In this document: in pieces, positions 37,615-48,275 of the stretch
Layout: each line of letters begins with the position of its first letter
Position numbering within the stretch: position 1 is the first letter of the stretch
Virus record (IMG/VR): IMGVR_UViG_3300044709_000179
Span: 54,072 to 118,071 of that record
Reading direction: 5' to 3' (one strand)
Origin: a virus
Taxonomy: Duplodnaviria; Caudoviricetes
DNA: 64,000 bases
Made by a program: the position numbers and the translations under genes
Notes under the pieces: generated by a model
The model's database searches: none
What the model was told of the DNA's origin: nothing
The model's input: only the letters and a program-made list of their open reading frames with translations

Positions 37615-38490
37615 TCACGACTGCTTACCACCCTGTTGCGCCTTGCGCACCTCCAGCGCCTCGGCGGCAACGTCCGCCTGCTCGGCAGTTAGGTCGGCCA
37701 GCGACGCCAGCACCTCGACCCCGACGATCTTCGCGGTAATAGTCAGACGGTTCTGTTCGTTCTCCTCGCCCACGAAGCCGAGGTCGTCCCACAGCCCGAG
37801 CACCCGCTCGACCTGCTCCGGCGATGCCAGTGTCACCTCGTGGGCAGGCTGGTCGCCGGTCGCGCCGAGGATCTCGGCCGCCGTCACCCGACGGGCCGGG
37901 GTGCGTCCCTCGAACGCGGGCGACTCGTGGTCGCGGATCTCCTCCGCGCTGTACGGCATGCCCATGATGGCGTCCATCGCGATCCAGCGGCACGCTTCGG
38001 AGGTGGCGCGGGCGATGAGCATTGCGCCGGGCTGCTGCTTCCACTGCGACTTGCCGGTCAGGCTCATCTGCTCAGCGCGGGCCAGATCCCAGGTGGAGGT
38101 CTGCCATTCGGTCTCGCCCTTGCGGCGACCGGTCACGACCGCGCGGTCCGGGGTGGACTCGACGATGCGGACCTCGTGTCCGTGCGCCTGCGCGATTGCT
38201 CGCAGCGTGGCGGCCTTCGGCGCCGGGGTGCCCTGGATATTGTCAAACGCCCGCAGGGACGCCATCGGCGACAGCCCGACCTCCGCGCCGGCCAGCATTG
38301 CGGCGGCGGCCTCCTGCGCTTTGCCCCGATAGGCGGCAGGCGCGAACTGGGTGGCGCACAGCGCGTCGGCGAGCTGGAACGCGGCCTGCGCGGCCTGCGC
38401 CCACTCGACGAGTTGCATGGCCGCGGACTCGTTCTTCGATGGCAGTGCGATGGCGTTGCTGTGGTTGGCGGTCGGGATGGCGACGGTCAT
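37615..38490 (-). CDS. RecT/Redbeta-like single-strand annealing protein
   Basis: GAEVGLSPMASL..IQG.P and W..QP.AML.ARA; follows the RecE-like gene. Confidence 0.75.
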   Translation of the reverse strand: MTVAIPTANHSNAIALPSKNESAAMQLVEWAQAAQAAFQLADALCATQFAPAAYRGKAQEAAAAMLAGAEVGLSPMASLRAFDNIQGTPAPKAATLRAIAQAHGHEVRIVESTPDRAVVTGRRKGETEWQTSTWDLARAEQMSLTGKSQWKQQPGAMLIARATSEACRWIAMDAIMGMPYSAEEIRDHESPAFEGRTPARRVTAAEILGATGDQPAHEVTLASPEQVERVLGLWDDLGFVGEENEQNRLTITAKIVGVEVLASLADLTAEQADVAAEALEVRKAQQGGKQS

Positions 38491-39392
38491 GACACTTCCT
38501 TGCTGTAGGCGGGGTCGAAGTAGTCGAAGTTCTTGGACAGCCATGCGGGCGGGGAGACGGTGGCCACGTCGTCGGCGTAGCCGGGCCAGGCGTTGGCCTC
38601 GGAGCATTCGGCGAAGATGCGGCGGGCGCGGCGGGCCAGGGTCTCGCCCATCTGGACCGCCTCGTCGTCGAACTCGAAGACGGTTACCAGGTACGGCGGC
38701 GTTTTCTCCTGGACGATGAACACGAACGACGGGTCGGTGTCGATGCCGAGTGAGCGGACGCCATCGCAGTAGAACCAGTGCTGAATTTGGTAGCCGTAGC
38801 TGAACATGAGCCGCTGCATCTGGCTCGGGTCGGCCGTGGTGGACGTCTTATAGTCGGGAATGATGAACCGCCGCCCCCGCACCGCCGTGGGCAGCCAGTC
38901 CAGCCGGGAGCGGCACCAGATGCCAGCCTGCTCGTCACGCCAGAAAAGCGACTGTTCCGGCTTGCCGGAGTCGGGCTTCAGTAGCGCGTACGCGAACGGG
39001 TGCTGTCGCAGTGCCGCGGCCATGGCCTGAACCTGTCGGTACGTGGCCACCAGCAGCGGCACCTTGCCGGCCTCGTGCGCTTCGTCGCGCGCCTCGCGGG
39101 CCGCCTTGGTCCGCCAGTCATCGGCGTCGACCGGCACGATCTCGGGTCCGACGCCGAGCACCAGTTTGTGGGCGGCGTGGCCGACGTCGAACTGCGATTT
39201 GGGCGTGGATGGGTGGTCCATCTCCCAGCGGTACTTGGCGGGGCACGACGGCGGGAGTAGGAGCTTCGCGCCAGACGTGGAGAGGGATCCGCCCTCGACG
39301 GGGTCGCCGAAGTAGTCCGCCTCGTCCATGTCGTAGACGCCGGGGCGCTCGATGCGCAGGGATGTCGTGCGGGGCGGTAGGACTGCGGTCAT
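38487..39392 (-). CDS. RecE/exonuclease VIII-like PD-(D/E)xK nuclease
   Basis: LSTSGAK.LL, G.AAH..VL, EQSLFW, CRSRLDW, DYKT, Y.IQ.WFY and VQEKTPPY motifs. Confidence 0.85.
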   Translation of the reverse strand: MTAVLPPRTTSLRIERPGVYDMDEADYFGDPVEGGSLSTSGAKLLLPPSCPAKYRWEMDHPSTPKSQFDVGHAAHKLVLGVGPEIVPVDADDWRTKAAREARDEAHEAGKVPLLVATYRQVQAMAAALRQHPFAYALLKPDSGKPEQSLFWRDEQAGIWCRSRLDWLPTAVRGRRFIIPDYKTSTTADPSQMQRLMFSYGYQIQHWFYCDGVRSLGIDTDPSFVFIVQEKTPPYLVTVFEFDDEAVQMGETLARRARRIFAECSEANAWPGYADDVATVSPPAWLSKNFDYFDPAYSKEVS

Positions 39393-40222
39393 CGCCTGAC
39401 CCCCGTCCGCCGAGTCCCCCGGTAGCGCCACTTGGCCAGCACGTCGTCGCGACGTTCGACCGCGCGCGACGCCAGCAGTGCCGGCACGTTCTCGAACACG
39501 CCGGGCACCGGCAGCAGGGCCGTGTCGTCGCCGGAGACGTCACGCAGCGGGTCGAGTGCCTCCGACGCCCGCTGCGCATCGGCGACCACCTCGTCCGCCC
39601 GGCGGAACTCGTTGGCGTAGGCACCCCAGATCACGAAGAAGGCGACGGCGACCGGAAGCGCGGCAGCGCCCTTCACCCACGCGGGGCCGCCCAGCACGTC
39701 GATGAACCACGCGACGCCAATGCCGACTCCCACCGTGAACGCGAGACGTACCGCGAACCAGATCAGGTTGCTCACGGCGCCTCCTCGCGGCACATCAGTC
39801 GCGCCATGCCATACGCGGCCAGACCGGTCAGCGGCGCCACAACCAGCGCGGCCGGCGTGAGGTCGATGTTGACGCCCAGCGCCAGCGCGACGGTGACGAA
39901 CAGGCCGACGGCGGGAGGGAGGGTGCGGCGGGTCATTGAGCACCGTCCAGTTGCCGCGCACCTTCGATGATGGCCGAACCGACCCACGCGAACGTCTCGC
40001 GCTGGTCGAGGAAGCCGCAGCGCTGTGCGCCCAGCAGTCGGTACGCCTCGCGGATCACGTACAGGCCGATCTCGTCGACCTGCTGCTGCGCGTTCTCCAA
40101 GTCGGTCCGCGCCGTCAACTGGGCGAAGCGGAGACGGCGGGAGGCCCGAAGCATGACGTCGCCGAGGACCTTCTGCTCCCGCTTCGAGAGACCGGCGATG
40201 CGCTGGGCGGGGATTGCGGTAG

Positions 40223-40723
40223 TCATGCGGCCATTCCCTCGCCGCCGCCTGCCGCCGCCGCAGCCCTCCTCGCCTTGTAGGCGGCCACTGCGGCGCGATT
40301 ACAGGCCCGGCACCCCCGGCGAAATCCCCTCTTTAGTTGCAGGACATAAGTATTCGACTCGTCGTACGGGTGACCGTTGTCGCATTTGGTTTTGCGAGCG
40401 TTCACTGCCGAGAAGCTTCGGCCACGAAGAAGGTTCACGCGTTCCGGAACCAACTGGAGGTGTAGGAGATTGACGCACCTTCGATGGAGGCACGCGGGAC
40501 CCCCGACGCAGTCCAGGTCGTGACTGTGGCACACATGGTCTACCACCAAGTTGGGCAGTATTGACGTAGAGAGTCGCTGGAAAATGACTCGGTGAGCGCC
40601 CTGCCCCGTGTGCCACTTGCCATAGCCCTCGCGGTCAACGGGGCCTACCCAGTAGACGCACCCGTTCACCTGAGGTTGGCACTCTCGCCAAATACTGGAC
40701 CGTGTAGTAGGTCGCGTCCTCAT
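40223..40723 (-). CDS. HNH (His-Me finger) endonuclease
   Basis: GC..W.G, AHR, DHVC..CVN..HL, N..K..C.NGH and C..C motifs; atypical codon usage. Confidence 0.85.
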   Translation of the reverse strand: MRTRPTTRSSIWRECQPQVNGCVYWVGPVDREGYGKWHTGQGAHRVIFQRLSTSILPNLVVDHVCHSHDLDCVGGPACLHRRCVNLLHLQLVPERVNLLRGRSFSAVNARKTKCDNGHPYDESNTYVLQLKRGFRRGCRACNRAAVAAYKARRAAAAAGGGEGMAA

Positions 40724-41483
40724 GCCGCCCCCCCTGACGTCTCGCGGTCGAGCCGCGCCAGCTCCCGCGCGGCGGCCTCGGTGAGACGCCGCTGCAACGG
40801 GACGTTGGCGTGGGCCGGCGGGTGGTTGGACAGTTCGCGCAGGTAGGCACGGCGCAGGTGGACGTACTGGCTGGCGAACTTGGGGTCTTTCGCGTACAGG
40901 TAGGCCACCAGATCGGTTTCGGTGGCTTCGTCGGGCTGCGGCACGACCGGCAGGAAGTGGACGCTCACGGAGCCATCACCGCCTTCACCCGCGCCGCGAG
41001 CTCGGGCTGGTTGGCGGTCGCAGTGGCACCCGCGCCGAGGCTCAGTTCGGCGTACGCGCCCGCCGCCTTCAGCGCGGCCAACACGAACGGGATGGCCTGC
41101 GCCAGTTGGCGATGGTTGCCACCCGCCTCCAGCTTCTCGACCGCGTCGGCGCACATGCCGGCGACGAACTCGCCGGCCGCCAGCGGGTTCTGTGCAAAGT
41201 TGCAGGCGACGAAGTTCGCGCCCATAGCGATCTGGGCGGTGGCATTCGGGCTCACGACGTCACCGCAATTCCGGCGGCCTTGTGTGCGTCGATCCACAGC
41301 CATTCGGCATGCTGCTTCGGCATCTGGTCCAGCAGGAGGGGATACAGGGCGCCGCGCTGCTCGGGGTCAACGAAACGCGGATCCGTTGCGAGGGCGCGCG
41401 GGCTGGTCGGGACGCCATCGATGCGGCGCATGCCGTTGGTGATGGTTTTGAGGCTCATGGTTGGGCTCGATTCGGTGCGAAGG

Positions 41484-41921
41484 TCAGGAGTCGGTGGGGC
41501 GCGCGGCGAGCAGCACATCCCAGTCGTAGAAGGGAATCGGGTCGGCGTGCCGGTCGCCGAGGCTGCGCGGAAAGGCCTCCAGCGTCTCGTTGAGGAAGCG
41601 GCGTGTCGGGTCGAACGGCAGGTCCACCAGCCCGACCTCGGACCGGTTCGACAGGTGCAGGCGCAGCACCTGCTCGCCGCCGACCAGCAGCGGCCACATC
41701 TGCACGTCGCCCTTGCGGAACGTCTGCGCCGCCACGAGCGCGTCCACCATGACGTCGCGGGACAGCAGCCACGGCACCTCATCGCCGCCGACATAGAACA
41801 TCGCGCGCACAGTCAGGGGGTCCTCCACCTGGAACGCCAGGCGGGCCTTTATCGGCGTAGCGCTGCCGCCGATGACGTCGCGACTCACCGCGACGAACTC
41901 GCGGACGATGACGCGGGTCAT
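41484..41921 (-). CDS. SsgA/SsgB-like protein (SALP)
   Basis: PIKARLAF..EDPLTV..F...V.W.LSRD.....GDVQMWP...L.LS......LP.....FL..T follows the SALP pattern. Confidence 0.75.
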   Translation of the reverse strand: MTRVIVREFVAVSRDVIGGSATPIKARLAFQVEDPLTVRAMFYVGGDEVPWLLSRDVMVDALVAAQTFRKGDVQMWPLLVGGEQVLRLHLSNRSEVGLVDLPFDPTRRFLNETLEAFPRSLGDRHADPIPFYDWDVLLAARPTDS

Positions 41922-43310
41922 TGCGCACCCGCCTTCTCGCCCAGCTCGGCGCGCAGCTGGTCGATGACGGCGTTGAGGCGGGTCACCTCGTTGCGCAGCC
42001 AGGCCGCGTCGTCCGCGGCGGTGTCGGCGCGACGCTTCTGCCGACACTCCTCGCGGATCGCGACGGCCATGTGGCGGTGCAGGCTGTCGATCTCGTCGGC
42101 TTCGAGGGTGAGTGCGTCGGCCAACGCCGGAATGTCGACCACGGCAACCACGGCGAGATCTGCGGCCCGGCGGGCCAGGCTGTTGGTGCGGCGGACGCTG
42201 CGCCGAGGCTTGATTGCCAACTCGGCCGCTTCGGCGTGACGGCCGAAGTCCTCCATGGCGTGGCCGATCAGTTCGTCGACCTCGGCGTGCGACAGGATCT
42301 TCCGGGCGGTGGTCATGACGCCAGCCCCTTCCGGGTGCGAACCGCGGTCAAGTCCGTCACCGGCTGCTCGCCGACCTGCAGCACCTTCGGGCGGGGCTTC
42401 AGCGTGACCTCGCCGGTGAGGCGGCAGCGGCAGTCGTCGGTGTGCGATCGCGACCATTCCGACGTGGGGATCGGGTTGTCGGTGCAGCGGGCGCGGAAGT
42501 CGCGCTCCTCGGCCCGTTGCTCCTCGTTGATGCGGTCGAACTGCTCGTTCCACCAGCGGCGCTGCGCCTCAATCTGCGTGCGGTAGGTGGGGTCCGCCCA
42601 ACGGCGGGCGTCCTCGGCTTCCATCTCTTCGCGGCGGCGACGGATGGCGGCGAGCATGGACGTGACCGCTGCGGTCTTGTCCGCGTCGGTCAGGTGCGCC
42701 ACGGCCGTGATGCGCTTGGCGTGGAAGCCGACCACGTAGCCGCCGGACGACTTGCAGTACGCCTCGACCGGTTCGCCGCAGTGGTCGCAGGCGACGGTGC
42801 GGGGAGCCTCGTGTGAGTAGCGGAAGCGCTGGTAGTCGGTGAGGGTGTCGGGGTGCGTGACGCCGAGGTTGACGATGGTCATCGCGTCCGCCCCCTGACG
42901 GCGCGCTCGGTGCGCGGATCGGTCGCGGCAGTGTGGCCGAGCATCCGACGCATCTCGTCGTTGGCGGCGCGCGTCTCGGCAAGCATCAGCAACATGCGGT
43001 CTTCGAGGGTGAACGCGTCAGCGACCTCAGTCAGGTGGTGGCCGATCGCGCGGAAGAGGCGCATCATCGAGCCACCTGCTCTGCATGCCAGCGGCGGCCG
43101 AACGCGGTGTCCTGCCAGCGGGCGTTGTAGGCGTAGAGGCGGTCCGGCTCGTGGTTGAGGTCGAGGTCGGTCCACACGACGTCGTCTTGAGTGGCGGGGT
43201 TGGGCTCGATGCCCGTAGGCTTGCCGTTCATCCGGCACTGCCTCGCTTTCTGGTCTCGGTGGTGCTGGTGTTCGGCCCCGCCCGTCGTGTCCGCGGCGGG
43301 CGGTTGGCGT

Positions 43311-43820
43311 TTAGGCGGCCTTTGGCAGGCGTGCCGTGTAGCGCTGGCGGTTGTAGATCGGGTCGTCGCGGCGAATGGCCTCCACCTCGGCGTCGTGCGC
43401 ATGAACCTCGCTCGGGTATTCGGTGAGATCTACTGAGGCCACTTCCGACCACCAGTCCTGCGCATGGCAATGCGATGTCAGACGTCTGGGCAGGTCGCAC
43501 GTGTGGCCGATGTAGAGGGCGTGGCCCGTTCCATCGAGTAGGCGATAGACGTGGTAGCGCTTGAGTCCGTCAAGCAGGCACCGATCGCAGAACTTGTCAC
43601 TGGGAGGCTCCACGTGGAAGCGCGCTTTGAGGAGGGGGGTGCCGCAAACGGCTCGCGCTCCCACTCGGAGTTCGTCCGTGCGCCACGCGGCCTGCGCGTA
43701 CGCAACTCGATGAACGGTCCCATTGCGGTTTGCCGTCGTGAGCCAAGCGCCGCTTGGCTTGACGTCGGTCGTCGGGGCGCGACGGAAGCGGTCGCACGCA
43801 CTGAAGATTGACTCCGACAT
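43311..43820 (-). CDS. Zn-finger plus GIY-YIG protein
   Basis: VYRLLD...LYIGHT.D..RR..H...WW..V...AE..AI..P.YN. Confidence 0.8.
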   Translation of the reverse strand: MSESIFSACDRFRRAPTTDVKPSGAWLTTANRNGTVHRVAYAQAAWRTDELRVGARAVCGTPLLKARFHVEPPSDKFCDRCLLDGLKRYHVYRLLDGTGHALYIGHTCDLPRRLTSHCHAQDWWSEVASVDLTEYPSEVHAHDAEVEAIRRDDPIYNRQRYTARLPKAA

Positions 43821-43821
43821 C

Positions 43822-44067
43822 TCAGGCCACCTTCGTGTCGGGCACGACGCTGAGCAGTGCGCGACCATCGGGGCCAACCAGAGGCCTCGGCTCGCCTAGG
43901 AACACCGCGAGATCGAGCGGGTCGACGCGCCACATCGCGTTGCGGCTACCTTCGGCGGCGACGTCCTTGCCGACCAGGCGGTGCCCCTTGATGAGGTTGT
44001 AGACGTGACTCTTCGACGTGTTGAGGCGCTTGGCCACCTGCTTCACGGTCAGCAGCGGATCGTCCAT
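43822..44067 (-). CDS. Excisionase-like HTH_17 protein
   Basis: LLTVKQVAKRLNTSKSHVYNLIK..L...WRV. Confidence 0.8.
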   Translation of the reverse strand: MDDPLLTVKQVAKRLNTSKSHVYNLIKGHRLVGKDVAAEGSRNAMWRVDPLDLAVFLGEPRPLVGPDGRALLSVVPDTKVA

Positions 44068-44195
44068 TTCAGGCCGCCTTGCCGGTGCGACGTCGGGGGG
44101 CCCTGGCGCGGCGACGCTGATTGACCGACACCTCAATTGAGGCGAGGACCTCGGTCAGGGCCTCGGCGGCGGCAAGACCCGCATCGGACTGGGGG

Positions 44196-44516
44196 TCAAG
44201 CGGCACGGCGCTCGTGGCTGCCTGCGACTGCGGCATCGGGACCCACCTCCTTGAACACGACCTCGAAGGGGACGTGGGGGAAGCGGCGCCGAACGGCGTG
44301 CACCAGTTCGATGCTGACCGGCCCCGGTTCCGTCCGGTGGAACGCGCGACACAGGACGGCGCGGCTGGAGTCGAGGTATTCGGCGCGGGCGCTGTAGCCC
44401 TCGACGCCGGCCTCTTTGAGCAGGTAGTGCAGTACTGGCAAGGAATCGCCCGGCGCGCGGTTGAGGATGATGCACCCGTTCCGTCGCCGGTAAGACTGGG
44501 CACGTGTTGCTTCCAT
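44196..44516 (-). CDS. Cro-like first gene of the leftward lytic operon
   Basis: Divergent from the repressor, degenerate HTH, and its start codon is overlapped by an operator-like site. Confidence 0.55.
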   Translation of the reverse strand: MEATRAQSYRRRNGCIILNRAPGDSLPVLHYLLKEAGVEGYSARAEYLDSSRAVLCRAFHRTEPGPVSIELVHAVRRRFPHVPFEVVFKEVGPDAAVAGSHERRAA

Positions 44517-45206
44517 AGGAAGGAACGATAGGCGATCGTTCCCCGTGATGCAACGCCCCAGGCTCCGCCGTTCGGTTGCAGTTCCGTTGCGGACTGCGGC
44601 GGTGTTACCGTTTTCGAATGGCAGTGATCTCCGTAGATGGAGCCCCCCGCCGTCGACCCCGCTCCCGACGTTCCCCAACCCGGAACGTGGCGGTACAGTC
44701 GTCCATCGTGGGGAACGCTGATCGCAAACCGACCGAAGTCGGCTACTACCTACTCAGCGCCATGCGCGCGGCCGGCATCCCGTCGGCCGCGCAGTTGGCG
44801 CGTGACGCGAAGGTCTCCGGCTCGACGTTGAGTCGGATCATGTACGGCCACGTGGAGCGGCCCGAGGCTCCCACCCTCGACCGCCTTGCTGACGCCCTGG
44901 TGGCAGCCTCCGCGTCAGCCCTCCGAGACCCCGAAGCCCTAGCGAAAGCCCAGCTAGAAACACGCACGGCACTGCGCTTGGCGGCTGGGTACAACACCGC
45001 CCCAATTGGTCGCCGCATCGATCCGCAAGCCCTCGAAATCGACAAGATGATCGGCGAGGACACCGTCCTCAACCCCGACGAAGTGCAGTACCTCCGCAGC
45101 ATGCTCGACCATCTGGTGGCGCCGTATCGAGGAAAGGTCAGACGGCGGGCAGGCTAGCCGTCACGCGATGGGATGACGATCGGTAGTCGTTCCATCACGG
45201 GGAACG
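44509..45206. promoter_or_regulatory. Five operator-like sites CGTTCC-N7-GGAACG
   Basis: Sites at 44509-44527, 44537-44555, 44669-44687 (perfect), 44699-44717 and 45188-45206 (perfect). Confidence 0.75.
44708..45157 (+). CDS. Immunity repressor (XRE HTH)
   Basis: SAAQLARDAKVSGSTLSRIM.G..RP...TL..LA. TACAGT -10 just upstream suggests a leaderless GTG start. Confidence 0.8.
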   Translation: MGNADRKPTEVGYYLLSAMRAAGIPSAAQLARDAKVSGSTLSRIMYGHVERPEAPTLDRLADALVAASASALRDPEALAKAQLETRTALRLAAGYNTAPIGRRIDPQALEIDKMIGEDTVLNPDEVQYLRSMLDHLVAPYRGKVRRRAG

Positions 45207-45306
45207 CAATCACGCATGATGGCGTTACGGATCAAGCGTCGCCGGGGTCAGACGGCAGCGCGGAAGTGGTACGCCGCTCCGCGCTGCCCGCCGAAAGGAG
45301 CGCACC

Positions 45307-45591
45307 ATGTCTACACTCCGGCCGATCCTGCTTGTTGCCACCACGGCTACCACCTTCGGCGCCATCGCCGGCACGGTCGACAACTGGGGAGGGGGCGGCG
45401 CTGCCGCCCCGCTCCGCCACCTCGCTATCGGCAGTTGGCTCCTGCTCGCCATCACCATCTACAGCGAACGCATCCTCGGGGAACTCCGAGCACTGCGGGC
45501 CGACATCGACGTGTACGGCGACCACCGGCACACTGAAGGCGCCCTCGACATGCAGCGCCAGCCGATCGGCACGGTCCGCGGACTGCGCTGA
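45307..45591 (+). CDS. Small two-TM membrane protein coupled to the integrase
   Basis: AAAGGAG RBS, two hydrophobic segments, and a TGATG overlap with int. Confidence 0.7.
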   Translation: MSTLRPILLVATTATTFGAIAGTVDNWGGGGAAAPLRHLAIGSWLLLAITIYSERILGELRALRADIDVYGDHRHTEGALDMQRQPIGTVRGLR

Positions 45592-47060
45592 TGGCCCGCC
45601 GCCGCAACCTGCAGCCGGTCCCCGACAACGCGGGCCGGGTCGTCCTCTACGTCCGCGTCTCCGCACTCATGGGCCGCGAGGAGGAGCGGCTGCACTCCCC
45701 GGACGTCCAGGTCGAAGGCATGCGTCGGATGATCTCGCGGGCGGGACTCCGCGAGGTCGACGTCATCGACGACGACATCGACCGTTCCGGACGCACCTTC
45801 GACCGGCCCGGCATCGCCCGGATCCGGGCGATGGTCGAGGCCAAACGGGTCGACGTCATCGCCGTCAACGACCTGTCTCGCGTCGGGCGGAACCTCACCG
45901 AGTCCCTGACGTTCCTGCGCTGGCTGCAGGAACGCGGCGTCAGCGTCATGTCGGCCAACCAGCCGGTCGACGACACGCCCGAAGGCCGGTTCATGCTCGG
46001 CTTCTGGCTCAACCACGCCGAGCTGTTGAGCAACCAGATCGGCGCCGGCTGGTCACGCGTCATCGAGCGGCGGGCGCGAATGGGCCTGGCCCACGCCCGG
46101 ACCGCCCAGGGCTACGTCAAAGTCGACGGGCGCCTCGAAGTGGACCCGGTCCTGGGGCCGGCGTTCATCCTGGCGGCCAGGGCCTACGCGCGTGGCGACC
46201 CGATCGTTGACGTCGCGTTCGCGTACGGCGCGGCGCGGGGCTGGCCCATCTCCCGGCCCAACCTGAAGTCGATGCTGCGCAACCCGCTGTACCGAGGCCG
46301 CGTCGTCGTCCACATCACAGGCGTCGGAAAGATCGACGCGGAAGGGCTCCACCCCGCCCTGATCGACGACGAGACGTGGGTGCAGATCGAGCGCCGGATG
46401 GCGGCCGAAAGCAGCATGCCGACCCGTTACGTCGAGCCGCAGTACTCGCTGACCGGGCTGCTCAAGTGTGCGCACTGCGGCAACAACCTGCAGATCTGGC
46501 ACGACGGCAAGCCTCGGCCGTCGCGGCGGGTCACGTGCCCCCGCCGGCGGGAGTTCGGCGACTGCCCTGGCATTGGGACGCCGCTGTACGACGGCATCGA
46601 GGAGGCGGTTCTGGCCGAGATCGGCGAGTACGCCGGGCGGCTGCGTGGCGATCCGACGGCACGGGCACAGCAGCGGGAGCGAGTCACCCAGGCCGGCGCC
46701 GACCTACCGACCCTGGAACGCGAACTGAAGGCGACCCGTGCGGCGCAGACGCGACTGACCACCCGCTACGCGAAGGGCGGCCTGCCGGAGGCTGCCTACG
46801 ATGCGACGCTGGCCGAGCTCGTGGCGACGGAGCGAGCCCAGCAGGCGCAACTCGACCGAGCCCGGGACGTGTCGACCGCGCCGACGCCGAGCAAGGTGGT
46901 GAAGCTGGTCGACCGAATGATGGAGTTGTGGCCGGAGATGACCGGAACGGAGCGCAACCGAGCGCTGAAATCGATCCTCGTCTCGGCAACTGTGCGTAGG
47001 GCCGACCGGTGGCGGGAGCCCGAAGTGGATCGAGTCAGCGACTACAAGTTCCGCTGGTGA
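45591..47060 (+). CDS. int: Large serine integrase
   Basis: YVRVS catalytic motif, SG..FDRPG, SR..RN, LRNP.Y.G, H.ALI, Zn ribbon LTGLLKCAHCG and a coiled coil. Confidence 0.95.
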   Translation: MARRRNLQPVPDNAGRVVLYVRVSALMGREEERLHSPDVQVEGMRRMISRAGLREVDVIDDDIDRSGRTFDRPGIARIRAMVEAKRVDVIAVNDLSRVGRNLTESLTFLRWLQERGVSVMSANQPVDDTPEGRFMLGFWLNHAELLSNQIGAGWSRVIERRARMGLAHARTAQGYVKVDGRLEVDPVLGPAFILAARAYARGDPIVDVAFAYGAARGWPISRPNLKSMLRNPLYRGRVVVHITGVGKIDAEGLHPALIDDETWVQIERRMAAESSMPTRYVEPQYSLTGLLKCAHCGNNLQIWHDGKPRPSRRVTCPRRREFGDCPGIGTPLYDGIEEAVLAEIGEYAGRLRGDPTARAQQRERVTQAGADLPTLERELKATRAAQTRLTTRYAKGGLPEAAYDATLAELVATERAQQAQLDRARDVSTAPTPSKVVKLVDRMMELWPEMTGTERNRALKSILVSATVRRADRWREPEVDRVSDYKFRW

Positions 47061-47107
47061 CCACCACGTAAAGGCGCGAATCGTTGCGGCGCAAGCCTTT
47101 CACATGG

Positions 47108-47153
47108 TTATGGTTGCGAATGACACACCGTCGTGTCGTGTCGCAAACCATAA
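47108..47153. other. Candidate attP (imperfect inverted repeat)
   Basis: TTATGGTTGCGA..GACAC-accgtc-GTGTC..TCGCAAACCATAA, about 50 nt after the int stop codon. Confidence 0.5.
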
Positions 47154-47397
47154 TTAACGGACTGTAAGTGCGCCGCGTGTTTCCGCAGGTCAAGGCAATG
47201 GTGCGCAAGAATAGGAAAAGCCCCACCGCGCGCGCCGCCGAGGTCAGTCAGGGCATTGCGCGGTGGGGCTCCCTCAGGCCGAACCCAAGGCGGGGGCCGA
47301 CCCGAGACCATGGGCCTCCAGGTCGCCCGCCAGTCTGCCACCCATCCTGTAGCTACGGCTGTCCGGCGACGGTAAGTCGCGTCATCTGTAGGGGGTG

Positions 47398-47715
47398 TCA
47401 ACCGTCCGTGGTCCCTCGATCGGGCGGCTGACGATTGCGCTCCCGCACCTCGGCCGCGGCGTCATAGAGGGCCAGCGCCTCTGCGAGCATCGGCTGTCTC
47501 GCAACCGCCGCGTTGCCACCGGGCGGCCCGGTGACCAGTCCGAACAGGCGCAGCGCGTGCATCACCCGACTGACGGTCGCGCGCGACACCTCGTACTGTT
47601 CAGCGATTGCGGGCTCCGACGGTATCCGTGCGCCCGGCGCCAGCTCGCCACTCCGAATTCCGGCGAGCAACGCATATAGGACGCGCCGATATGGCGCGTC
47701 ACGCTCTGGGTTCAT
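47398..47715 (-). CDS. GntR-family winged-helix regulator
   Basis: PY..V...IRSGELAPGARIPSE..IA.QYEVSRATV.R...L...GLV. Confidence 0.88.
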   Translation of the reverse strand: MNPERDAPYRRVLYALLAGIRSGELAPGARIPSEPAIAEQYEVSRATVSRVMHALRLFGLVTGPPGGNAAVARQPMLAEALALYDAAAEVRERNRQPPDRGTTDG

Positions 47716-48047
47716 ATGTGGTCTTCTCCTGCCTCAGCCCGTTTATCGGACCACGCGAAAGGACCACATTCAAGGCAGTGAGCAATGTCGGTGTTTCGCA
47801 CTACCAGTAGCTACGGGTCGGCGTACATTGGCGGTTGGCGCTCCGTTCCGCGCCTGCCTCAGCAACAGTGGGCGGACCGGAGGCGGCCGACGGTGGGGGC
47901 TCTCGGGTCCCCGCCGTTCAGGCCGCCGTGCTGGCCGACCCTTCCCCCCGGTCGGTCCCGATCGTGTGGCGGGCGTACCCCCGTAGTGACTTGGTGCAGG
48001 GTTCCTGCGTCGGCCGCCCGCCACACCCCCAGACCCCGGGAGCCGCA

Positions 48048-48275
48048 ATGCCCCACCCGCCCTGGTGCCACCCAACCCACTGCACCGTCGGCAAGGCCAT
48101 CGCCGGCCCCGGCGCCCACAAGGGCAAGCCCGTCCGCCTACCAAAGGCCACCGTCTGGGTTGAGCAGATCCCCGGCGGTCCCGAGCTGGTCGCGGTAGGC
48201 CGTCTCCGCCTCGCCCCGGTCGAGGCGATTGAGGTGGCCGAGGCCTTGTGTGCGCAGGCGGCGGTGCTGGCGTGA
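48048..48275 (+). CDS. HPxWC-motif protein, paralogue 1
   Basis: HPPWCHPTHC...HKG...VWVEQIPG, with a GGAG RBS. Confidence 0.65.
   Translation: MPHPPWCHPTHCTVGKAIAGPGAHKGKPVRLPKATVWVEQIPGGPELVAVGRLRLAPVEAIEVAEALCAQAAVLA

Noticed and set aside
38487-39392. Cas4 as a CRISPR component
   Set aside because: It pairs with a RecT-like gene and has RecE/ExoVIII motifs.
47108-47401. 97-aa ORF downstream of GntR
   Set aside because: TTG start, no recognisable motif, and it runs through the candidate attP; not called.
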